This document shows positions 27,139 to 35,007 of a DNA stretch of 64,000 bases, in pieces; position 1 is the stretch's first letter, and every line of letters begins with the position of its first letter. Source of the stretch: a virus; the IMG/VR virus record IMGVR_UViG_3300037470_001029, positions 1 to 64,000 of that record. The stretch is one strand, 5' to 3'. A model generated the notes under the pieces. The model saw only the letters and a program-made list of their open reading frames with translations. It did no database searches and was not told where the DNA came from. Made by a program: the position numbers and the translations under genes.

Positions 27139-28185
27139 TTAGCGCTTGGCCCCTGCCTGCAATTCGCGCGCTTTCGTCAGCCGATCGGTCGGAGACAATC
27201 CCGAGAAATCGGGCGCGCCGCGCACGGTGCGCTTGTCGCCCTTGGCGTCGCCGCCGCTCCCGCCTGCCGGGAACCAGTGTGGGCAGTCCGCGCGGCGCTC
27301 CTCGATCCAGTCCTCGACCGAGAAGGGCGCCTTGCCCTCCTTGTTGAGCACGACCGTCTCGCCGTCCTCCTCGAACTGGACAGCCTTGAGCTCGTCGTTC
27401 AGCGAGAAGATCTGCCTGGCGCGCAGCAGCGCATCCTCGATCGCGCCCGGGAACATCCCCGCGTTGGTCGCCGCGGCGCGCACCTTGTTGTCGATCGCGT
27501 GCTCCATCAGCGTCGAGGCCACCTCCAGCGCGCCGTCGCGCTCCTCGCCCGCGGTCTGCGCCTGGCTCATCAGCTCCTCGCGCATCTTCTGGGTGCGGGC
27601 CTCCATCACCTTGTCGATGTGGCCGGCCTGGATCATCTTGCGCTCTTCCTCGCTGGCGAACTGCGACAGGAGCTCGCGGGTCTTGACCGGGTCGATGCCG
27701 TCGAACTGCTTGAGCTGCGTCTCGTACTCCTCCCTAACCTTCTTGATCTTGTCTTCCGAGTTACGGCGCTCGTTCTCCGCGACCTTCTTGAGCCCGGTGA
27801 CATCTTCGACGTCGACCTTGGAGTGGTCCAGCTTGAACTTCTTCGTCGCCGGGTCCTCGGCGTACCAGGCGCGCATGAACTCCGGCACCGCCTCGAGCTT
27901 GTCGACCTCGGGGGCGATGGCGCCGAGAGACAGCCCGCAGCGCTCGATCCATGACGGCTCGAACGGGTCCGCCGCCATCAGCTTCAGCGGCTGGAGGGGA
28001 CGCCCGAACGTCAGGACGCTGAGCCACAAGCGGCCGGTGAACAGGAGGTAGATCCGCTCGCGGAGCGTCAAGCCCCAGCACGAGATGGCCTGCCCGTTGT
28101 CGCCGACGTGCGCCGGCAACGGGATGTACGGCTTCTGGTCCTTCGCGATCACGATGTTCTGCTGCTTGAATTCGACCGGCTTCAT
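27139..28185 (-). CDS. capsid scaffolding protein with extra N-terminal domain
   Basis: VDKLEAVPE...EDVTGLKK...coiled coil...PHWFPA-GGSGG; position upstream of MCP. Confidence 0.8.
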   Translation of the reverse strand: MKPVEFKQQNIVIAKDQKPYIPLPAHVGDNGQAISCWGLTLRERIYLLFTGRLWLSVLTFGRPLQPLKLMAADPFEPSWIERCGLSLGAIAPEVDKLEAVPEFMRAWYAEDPATKKFKLDHSKVDVEDVTGLKKVAENERRNSEDKIKKVREEYETQLKQFDGIDPVKTRELLSQFASEEERKMIQAGHIDKVMEARTQKMREELMSQAQTAGEERDGALEVASTLMEHAIDNKVRAAATNAGMFPGAIEDALLRARQIFSLNDELKAVQFEEDGETVVLNKEGKAPFSVEDWIEERRADCPHWFPAGGSGGDAKGDKRTVRGAPDFSGLSPTDRLTKARELQAGAKR

Positions 28186-28252
28186 GCTCTTCTCCTTTGA
28201 TGGAGTTGCCCGCGCATCCCGCGCGGTAAGGTTTGCCCGAATCCCTCGAGCC

Positions 28253-28372
28253 CTACTTGCTTTTTTTCTTGCCCTTCTGGAACGGCGGCAGCTTGCCCTT
28301 GCCCTTCGGAGCTTCGGACTTGCCTCTGCTGCCCTTCTGGTAGTTCTTCAGCCCTTCAGGTACCTTTCCCAT
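28253..28372 (-). CDS. 39-aa Lys/Gly-rich peptide
   Basis: Not in ORF track; AGGAGG RBS; MGKVPEGLKNYQKGSRGKSEAPKGKGKLPPFQKGKKKSK*. Confidence 0.6.
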   Translation of the reverse strand: MGKVPEGLKNYQKGSRGKSEAPKGKGKLPPFQKGKKKSK

Positions 28373-28829
28373 GATCGCCTCCTAAGTTTTGCTCGCGCGA
28401 TCCCTGCGCGTAGGGTTCACTTCTGAGAGTATATCCTGGCTTGTTCTCCAGCCGACGCGCCCGCACGTTGTCGGTCGCGTCGAAGCCCAGCTTGCGCAGC
28501 GCGCTGGCCAGCGCCATCGGATCTCCGTGGCTCGCCGCGTAATCGTCTGCCTCGAGTTCTTGCCTGTAGCGGCGCGACGGCGACGCGCGCATGAAGAAGC
28601 AGACCAGCAGGAGATTCTTCCAGATGTGGCGGTGGTGGCGGTGCCCCTCCTCGTGCAGACGCACGGCGTGCCACTCGTCCGGCGTGAGGCGGTCTACGTA
28701 ATCGTCTGGGATGATGATGCGGAAGCCGTTGAAGGATGCGCCCTGCGGATTGGCGTAATACATGCCGACTAGATGCAGCGCGATCCACAAGACCCAGATG
28801 ACGGCGAAGACTGTTCCGGCAATGACCAT
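28356..28829 (-). CDS. M48/M56-like zinc metallopeptidase with N-terminal TM
   Basis: LTPDEWHAVRLHEEGH...RQELEADDYA...LASALRKL. Confidence 0.75.
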   Translation of the reverse strand: MVIAGTVFAVIWVLWIALHLVGMYYANPQGASFNGFRIIIPDDYVDRLTPDEWHAVRLHEEGHRHHRHIWKNLLLVCFFMRASPSRRYRQELEADDYAASHGDPMALASALRKLGFDATDNVRARRLENKPGYTLRSEPYAQGSREQNLGGDHGKGT

Positions 28830-29902
28830 CAGGCGTATCTCGCGCGCAGTTGTCCGACGGTCATTATGCGCGTCCCGTCGAGCGACAGCAACTGCTCCAG
28901 TGTCAGCTTATTGTCGCGCCAAAGGTCTGCGCGCCCGGGTCCGAGCGCCTCGTCCTGCCATGCCTTGCCCTTGCGGCGCAGGAAGGCCTCGAAGTCCATG
29001 CCAGCCGACACGGGACCGTCGCTCGATGCGCGGCGGCCGGGCTTGGCCTCCTCGGCGTCGATCCCTAGCTCCTTGTAGGTCTTCGTCACCGCGACCGCCA
29101 CGCACCGGCAGCCCCAGTGGATGACGCCCGGCCCGCCCTCCCACGCGAGGGAGTGGCCCTGCGGTTTCGGCGGGTCGTCGAGCAGAGTGTACCGCTTGCG
29201 ATCGCGCGGCCCGCAGATCGGGCATGTGTGGACATCGAGCGTCGCGAGCCAGCGGATTCCCGAGAGCGCGTCTGCATTCCTGCGGAATGTCTCCATGCGC
29301 GCCTCATTGGCGGCCGCCTGGATGCTTGTGTGCACGAGCGAGCGGGCATTGCTGCGCGCCACATCCATAACTCCTGGAATGCCGAGCCGCGGCGACCCGA
29401 CAACGCGGCGAACAATTTGTTCGTTGGCCTCGCCTGCGGCGATCCCCTGGCGGACGGCGGTGGAGAACCGCCAGGCGGTGTCCTGCGACTGCCGCAGCCA
29501 CCAGTCGGCCGACGACGAACCCAGCAGCAGAGCGTTGGACGCCACGCGGGCGAGGAACGTCTCCGTAGGCAGGCCGACCGCCAGCACGATGCGGAGCGCA
29601 GGCCCGAGCGCCTGCGCGGTGGTCTCCGCCGTGGCTCGCGCCGCGCCGGCCATCGACGTGCTGAGGACGGCCTGCCCGGTCGCGTAGTAGCGGTCGATCA
29701 CGGCCGTGGCCTGGCGCAGCATCTGTTGCGTGCGCGCCTTGGTGAACTCGGTCAGGTCTCCGCCCGCAAGCGTCTGCGCCAGCTCGGCCTGCAGCCGGTT
29801 GAGTACGGCGAGCACGCGGGCGCGCACGCCGGCCTCGAACCTGAGCAGGTCGATCTGGTGCTCGAGGATGAGGTCGATCAGCGCCTGGTCTATGGTTCCC
29901 AC
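28829..29902 (-). CDS. MuF / SPP1 gp7-like minor head protein
   Basis: ARSLVHT, WLATLDVHTCPIC, IHWGCRC. Confidence 0.85.
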   Translation of the reverse strand: MGTIDQALIDLILEHQIDLLRFEAGVRARVLAVLNRLQAELAQTLAGGDLTEFTKARTQQMLRQATAVIDRYYATGQAVLSTSMAGAARATAETTAQALGPALRIVLAVGLPTETFLARVASNALLLGSSSADWWLRQSQDTAWRFSTAVRQGIAAGEANEQIVRRVVGSPRLGIPGVMDVARSNARSLVHTSIQAAANEARMETFRRNADALSGIRWLATLDVHTCPICGPRDRKRYTLLDDPPKPQGHSLAWEGGPGVIHWGCRCVAVAVTKTYKELGIDAEEAKPGRRASSDGPVSAGMDFEAFLRRKGKAWQDEALGPGRADLWRDNKLTLEQLLSLDGTRIMTVGQLRARYA

Positions 29903-30090
29903 TAGCAAGAGCTCCGCGGTTTAGGCGCAATGATAATGCGGCGATCAGTGACCTGCGTACGCAACCTGAGGCTGTTGTCGCGCCAACCACACTTTGAGGC
30001 TTCGAGAGCATCAAACCTCTCATCGATGTCCTTCATCATGCTCACGGCAAGATTTCTAGCCAACTGCTGAAGTAGCTCTTTGAGCATCAA
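29902..30090 (-). CDS. hypothetical protein
   Basis: 62 aa filling the gap with overlapping start/stop codons. Confidence 0.45.
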   Translation of the reverse strand: MMLKELLQQLARNLAVSMMKDIDERFDALEASKCGWRDNSLRLRTQVTDRRIIIAPKPRSSC

Positions 30091-30557
30091 AACCTCCTCT
30101 GCCGCTGCATAGGGTCGGGCTTGACGCGCGTCGTCTCGATGCCGCGGGCACTCATGCTCTTGAACACAGGGTCAGCCGACGGCGCAGCCTGGTTCGGCAG
30201 GTACGCCGGGTCCGAGAAATTCTTCGCCAGCAGCACCGGCTCCGGGAACCAGCCGTTGCACATGGTCGTCAGCTCGCGCAGCACCTTCTGCGGCAGCTTG
30301 CTCGGCGTGACCGTCGTGATGATCCGGCACTTCGACAGGTGCCGGTACAGGCACACGCGCGGCAGCGTAGCGTCGCTCTTGCATTCATTGTCGAGGTACG
30401 CGATGTCCTCTATCACAGACCACTGGTGCTTCTCCATCGGCTCGGTGACCTTGACCCACTTGATCGGCGGCCCTCCCTCGACCGGCGGGACCTGCGCGAA
30501 CGAAACCGCGATCACGAAGTAGGGAAGCGACAGCATCGTCAAAATGATGGCTCTCAT
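30087..30557 (-). CDS. putative secreted Cys-containing protein
   Basis: Start ATG 30557; signal-like MRAIILTMLSLPYFVIAVSFA; 4 Cys. Confidence 0.55.
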   Translation of the reverse strand: MRAIILTMLSLPYFVIAVSFAQVPPVEGGPPIKWVKVTEPMEKHQWSVIEDIAYLDNECKSDATLPRVCLYRHLSKCRIITTVTPSKLPQKVLRELTTMCNGWFPEPVLLAKNFSDPAYLPNQAAPSADPVFKSMSARGIETTRVKPDPMQRQRRF

Positions 30558-30805
30558 CGTTGGCCCTCCGCGGCGCGCTGCCGCGCTTCGTAGGCGTCGC
30601 CCAATTGCTTCGCCAGCGGGTGCTTGACCCACGCCAGCACCATCCGGTTCAGCTCTATATCGCACTCCACGCACAGCGGGCGGTGGAGGTTGCCGTCCGA
30701 GCAGATCTGCCAGGTGGCGTGCGCCCTGCGCGGGCAGCGCACGCACTTGAGACGGCGGACGCCCGCGTCGGTGTACGGCCGGCGCCGACCGATCAGTCCC
30801 ACCAT
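30554..30805 (-). CDS. small Zn-finger-like protein
   Basis: CVRC...C...CVEC. Confidence 0.55.
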   Translation of the reverse strand: MVGLIGRRRPYTDAGVRRLKCVRCPRRAHATWQICSDGNLHRPLCVECDIELNRMVLAWVKHPLAKQLGDAYEARQRAAEGQR

Positions 30806-31236
30806 TCCGCCTTCTTCATTCTGTTGGTCATGCCCTCTTGCAGCATCAGGCAGGAGCCGTAGTCGTGGCAGACGAGCCTGCCCTTGAGCATTCCATAGTT
30901 GTACCGCTTGAAGTCGGTCAGGTAAGCGGGCATTCTCTCGGGGAACTTCGTTGCCATCGTCGTGCGGCGCTGCATCAAGATCCCGCCGCTCTGCGAGATC
31001 CAGACACACGGGGCGAACCACCTGGCATGGGGAGTTCCCTTGACCATATCCCACACCTGCCACTCGAAGATATTCTGGAAACGGTCCTTGTTCTGGTCTT
31101 CGATCTTAATAACGATGCCATCGTCGATCGCAGACTCGTACACGTGCCGCGTCAGCCCGGTGCCGATCAGGGCGCCCGTTACGCTGACTGCCAGCTCGTG
31201 CTGAAGCGACGGGTTGTACAGGTGCGTATTGCTCAC
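30793..31236 (-). CDS. minimal protein-kinase-like fold protein
   Basis: GTG start coupled to portal stop; IGTGLTRHVY, VIK, QNIFE, DFKRYNYG, HDYG. Confidence 0.7.
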   Translation of the reverse strand: MSNTHLYNPSLQHELAVSVTGALIGTGLTRHVYESAIDDGIVIKIEDQNKDRFQNIFEWQVWDMVKGTPHARWFAPCVWISQSGGILMQRRTTMATKFPERMPAYLTDFKRYNYGMLKGRLVCHDYGSCLMLQEGMTNRMKKAEWWD

Positions 31237-32795
31237 GCGATCGCCTTGCCAGGCTGGCCGCCGCCGGCCCCCGATTCGCCGAAAATCTCCTGCTGCAGGG
31301 CAAGCGCCGCGGCGTTCTGCTCCTGGATCTGCTGCTGGCGCTCGGCGATGCGCGCCTGCTCCTCTTCGAGGGTGACCTCCTCGGCCACGATCTCGCCGGC
31401 CTTCAGCAGGTTGAACAGCCCCTGGTCGGAGAGGCCCGGCGCGCCCTGCTGCCAGCCGCCCAGCAGCGCGGAGAGCATGGCGGGATCCATCGGGGCCGGG
31501 TAGAAGTCGCGGTTGAGCTCGACGAGAACCTTCGACGGGTCGGCCTCCGCCCACTCGGTGAACCACTTGAGCGCCTGCGTCATGCCGAGCGAGATGGCCT
31601 GCGCCATGCTCGACAGCGTCGACTCCTCGCCCTTGCGGTGGATGCTCGACGACTCGGCTGTCTCCACCGCCTTCTTCTGCGGCTCCAGCATGCGGGCGCC
31701 GAGGATGGCCATCTGCTGCTCCTCGCGGTTGAGCTTGTTCTCGAGGGTGCTCAGGCCCGCCCCGCTGAACTCGACGAAGGACGCCTGCGCCTTCTCGTTG
31801 GCAGAGACGATCGCCGTCTCGCTGCCGATGTAGACGTCCTTGGGGTTCCCCGCGGCGTCGAGCTCACGCTTGAACCCGGCGAGGAACAGGGTGGGCAGCG
31901 CCGTGAAGTGGCAGCCGTGCGCGTAGTCGGCGCTCGTGCGGTAGTGCGCGAGGTTCAGGTCGACCAGATCGATCAGCGGCGGCTCGTCGACGTCGGGCCC
32001 GACCTCGTCGGTGCCCATGATCACGAGCGGGATGAAGCCGAGCTTCATACTGCGCATTTCCGGGTAGATCGGCGGGCCGGGAACGTAGGCCGTCGCATTG
32101 CCCTTCATCCCGGTAGTCGACTTGGTTAGCTGCGGCTTGAACACGCGCTGCCGGTAGACCGGCGACGCGGGGGTGTTGTCGCCGGGGCTCGCCGGCAACT
32201 GCTCCAGGTCGAGCACGCGATACGTGTCCTGCTCCTTGGACTCGAACTCGTCCTTCGGATTGTCGACGCTCTCGGGCTCCTTCAGCACGACCTGCGTCAG
32301 CACCGTCTGGTTGTTGACCCGCCCGGTGCGCCAGTTGATGACCGACTCCGCGCGGTAGAGCAGCATCGTCGGGCGAAGGTTCATCCGCCTGGCGTCGGCC
32401 TGCGTCAGTCCCTTAGGGGCGGTCGGGTAGTCGACCAGCACGGCGATGCGCCCGACCGTCAGCGCGTTCTCGCTCACGTCCTGGAGGAGGAGCTGGAACG
32501 GCTGGCCCGCGGCGTCCACGTCCTTGAGCAGCTCCTCTACCGCGGCAGGGACCTCCACCTTTGGGGGCTTGCGGAACATCATCCCGAGCAGACCGGAGAT
32601 AGTACGCCACGTGGCGTTGTAAAACGTGGAGCGCAGCACCATCGCCTTGTAATCATTGGAGGTCTGCGCCTTTAGCTTCGGCAGGTACTTCTCGCCGGCC
32701 TGGTGCACGGCGTCCTGGCCTGCGGCCACGTCGCGGCAGCGCTCCCACTTCTTGGAAAACTCCTGATACTGCCTGTGCTGAGTATTGACGGGCAT
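31233..32795 (-). CDS. portal protein (DUF4055 family)
   Basis: KYLPK...FYNAT...LNLAHYRTSADY...LGARML; between terL and MuF. Confidence 0.9.
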   Translation of the reverse strand: MPVNTQHRQYQEFSKKWERCRDVAAGQDAVHQAGEKYLPKLKAQTSNDYKAMVLRSTFYNATWRTISGLLGMMFRKPPKVEVPAAVEELLKDVDAAGQPFQLLLQDVSENALTVGRIAVLVDYPTAPKGLTQADARRMNLRPTMLLYRAESVINWRTGRVNNQTVLTQVVLKEPESVDNPKDEFESKEQDTYRVLDLEQLPASPGDNTPASPVYRQRVFKPQLTKSTTGMKGNATAYVPGPPIYPEMRSMKLGFIPLVIMGTDEVGPDVDEPPLIDLVDLNLAHYRTSADYAHGCHFTALPTLFLAGFKRELDAAGNPKDVYIGSETAIVSANEKAQASFVEFSGAGLSTLENKLNREEQQMAILGARMLEPQKKAVETAESSSIHRKGEESTLSSMAQAISLGMTQALKWFTEWAEADPSKVLVELNRDFYPAPMDPAMLSALLGGWQQGAPGLSDQGLFNLLKAGEIVAEEVTLEEEQARIAERQQQIQEQNAAALALQQEIFGESGAGGGQPGKAIA

Positions 32796-32801
32796 CTTAA
32801 A

Positions 32802-33305
32802 TTACTCCTCGAGCATTGCGAGTAGGGCCCCCTGCCGCAGGGCGCGGGTGACCAGTCCCGTGGGCGTCGGCGCGTCGCCGAAGTCCTCGAGCAGAAGCTT
32901 TGAGCGAATGAAGGCCGCGGCCTCGGCGCACTGCCACTTCTCGTTCGCGCCCGGCACCACCTTCGTGATGGCGGACTTGATAGCCTCCACCTTGGAGTAC
33001 CGCTGGCCGACGATCGCCATAGCGGTGAGCTCGGCCTTGTTGTCCCATTGCTCGCGGATCTCGTCGCGCAGCCAGTAGCACGGCAGCAGGCGGGACAGCG
33101 GGAAGATCCGCACCGCGGGCACCACGGCCTCGATCACCAACACGCGCTTGCCGACGCACCAGGCGACGCCGACGTGCGCGTACTCGCTCCTCGTGAACAC
33201 GCGAACGAACTGCACCTCGAGGTCGTGCCACGTGCGCCACGCCTCGTGACCCCACGCCAGAAGATCGCCGGAGCGGAGAAACGGGCGCGCGGCAGGGTAG
33301 TTCAC
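32802..33305 (-). CDS. permuted papain-like NlpC/P60 protein (YiiX/YebB-like)
   Basis: RSGDLL...SEYAHVG...IEAV...VGQRYS...WQCAE. Confidence 0.75.
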   Translation of the reverse strand: MNYPAARPFLRSGDLLAWGHEAWRTWHDLEVQFVRVFTRSEYAHVGVAWCVGKRVLVIEAVVPAVRIFPLSRLLPCYWLRDEIREQWDNKAELTAMAIVGQRYSKVEAIKSAITKVVPGANEKWQCAEAAAFIRSKLLLEDFGDAPTPTGLVTRALRQGALLAMLEE

Positions 33306-33661
33306 GGCTGCTGCACCTTGACGCGCAGCTCGCGGTTGACATCGTCCAGCTCAGCCTTGTAGCGGAAGAACTGCTTCAGCTCCCACTGGTTGATCATGCG
33401 CGCGTCGCGCTTTGCCTCCAGCTCGAACACCTTGTCCTCGAGCGAGTTCTTGCGCTGGCGCAGGAACCCCGCGTCGGTGTACGCGCGCTGGGCGGCCAGC
33501 TCTTTTTTGAGCTCCTTCTTCGCCGCGGCGACGGCCTCCTCGGCCCTCTTGACGTCGGCGGCCTTTGCGTAGCGCGCGTCGATCGCCAGGGTGGCAATCA
33601 CGATCGCGGCGACCAAGCTGGCGAGCCACCAGATAGTCTTCTTCACTGCGGGATCGATCAT
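33302..33661 (-). CDS. single-TM coiled-coil protein
   Basis: N-terminal TM followed by charged coiled coil. Confidence 0.6.
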   Translation of the reverse strand: MIDPAVKKTIWWLASLVAAIVIATLAIDARYAKAADVKRAEEAVAAAKKELKKELAAQRAYTDAGFLRQRKNSLEDKVFELEAKRDARMINQWELKQFFRYKAELDDVNRELRVKVQQP

Positions 33662-34371
33662 TGTGGCCTCGCAGTCATCTTTTGCTCGACTGCCGCGCAG
33701 GCCTCACCCTCCTCGTGGATCAGGCGCTCCAGGTCGGCGAGCGGCATGTAGAAGGCGCCGGCCTTGCCCCAGTTGTCGCCCCACGAATTCTCGAGGGTGG
33801 CGAGCGAGCGCGTGGCGTTGATCCCCCGGAGCAGGTAGGCGTGGCCGCCGAGGACCGCGGCGCCCGGCTCGATCTTAACGATCCCCTCGGGATCCGGGTG
33901 CTCGAACGAGCTGTACCAGTTGGTGCCGACGACGCACGGACCGTTGGTCAGCACCCACTCGACCACGGTGGACAGGTCGAACGCCCAGAGGTAGCTCTTG
34001 AGGTGCCCGAGGTCGGTCAGCACTTTGGCGCCGGCGCGCACGCTCGTGCCCCCATCCATGGAAGGGTCCCAGTCGCCCATCGCGGCCTCGGCATCGTTGT
34101 CCGCCCACGGATCGATCGCGACCGCCCTGCGGTAGATGTCGAACGGCGACGGCCCGCTCTTCTCGGTCTGCATCGGCGCGCAGCGCAGGAAGTTCTTCCA
34201 CGCGTGGCCGACGCAGGTGCTGGTCAGGCCCTGGTCGAGCGAGCGCCCGTTGACCCGCCACGTCTTCGCGCTCGGAAGCAGCACCTTGTCCGCGGTGGCG
34301 AGCTTGCGGCGCATCAGGTACTCGCGGTCGCGCGGGTCGACGGCGATCCGGCGGCCCAGTCCCTTGTTCAT
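33658..34371 (-). CDS. papain-family (C1) cysteine peptidase
   Basis: DQGLTSTCVG, GGHAY, ENSWGDNWG. Confidence 0.85.
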   Translation of the reverse strand: MNKGLGRRIAVDPRDREYLMRRKLATADKVLLPSAKTWRVNGRSLDQGLTSTCVGHAWKNFLRCAPMQTEKSGPSPFDIYRRAVAIDPWADNDAEAAMGDWDPSMDGGTSVRAGAKVLTDLGHLKSYLWAFDLSTVVEWVLTNGPCVVGTNWYSSFEHPDPEGIVKIEPGAAVLGGHAYLLRGINATRSLATLENSWGDNWGKAGAFYMPLADLERLIHEEGEACAAVEQKMTARPQ

Positions 34372-34685
34372 AGTTGTCGTCCTCCCAAGCGATGCAGCGG
34401 GTGGTTCTTGAGATAGCCAATCCGCACGCGGCCGTACCTGGCGACGTACTCGATCTGGCCGTTCGCGATCCCCGCGACGCAGTGAACCTCGCCGAGCTGC
34501 TCGTCGGCGAAGACGCAGCGCCGGATCTGCGCGCCATCCAGCATCACGACGGCATAGGAGAAGTAGGGATCGTACGCGGGGTGATCCTTATTCGTCGAGA
34601 TCCTGCGCCCGCGAGGCTGCGAGCCGACGGCGAACGGCAGCAGCGCCGCGGCGGCCGGAAGCTGCACGAAGCGGCGGCGGTTCAC
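34368..34685 (-). CDS. hypothetical protein with twin-arginine-like leader
   Basis: MNRRRFVQLPAAAALLP. Confidence 0.5.
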   Translation of the reverse strand: MNRRRFVQLPAAAALLPFAVGSQPRGRRISTNKDHPAYDPYFSYAVVMLDGAQIRRCVFADEQLGEVHCVAGIANGQIEYVARYGRVRIGYLKNHPLHRLGGRQL

Positions 34686-35005
34686 GCGAGCCCCTTCAGC
34701 GCGTCCTCGAGGTCGTGCGCCTCTTTCGCCTGCCTGTTGCCCTCCCTGGAGACCTGCACGGCGCGGGCGGCCTTGACGAGCCGGCGCACCTTGACGGCGT
34801 GGTCGGCGTCCGCGAGCGCGGCCTTGATCGAAGGCTCGTCGTAGTCGAGCGCCTCGTCGATGATGGCGACGGCCTGGTCCCTGGCCTCGTCGCTGGATGC
34901 CGAGGTGGATAGGCCCGCCACCAGGTCGCGCGCCGCTTTCAGCGCGTTGTGCATCTGCGCGGTGAGCTGGCGGGACGCGGCGAGCTGCAGTTCGGTTTCG
35001 TGCAT
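34682..35005 (-). CDS. hypothetical protein
   Basis: Start ATG 35005 just after terL, AGGAG RBS. Confidence 0.55.
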   Translation of the reverse strand: MHETELQLAASRQLTAQMHNALKAARDLVAGLSTSASSDEARDQAVAIIDEALDYDEPSIKAALADADHAVKVRRLVKAARAVQVSREGNRQAKEAHDLEDALKGLA

Positions 35006-35007
35006 GG

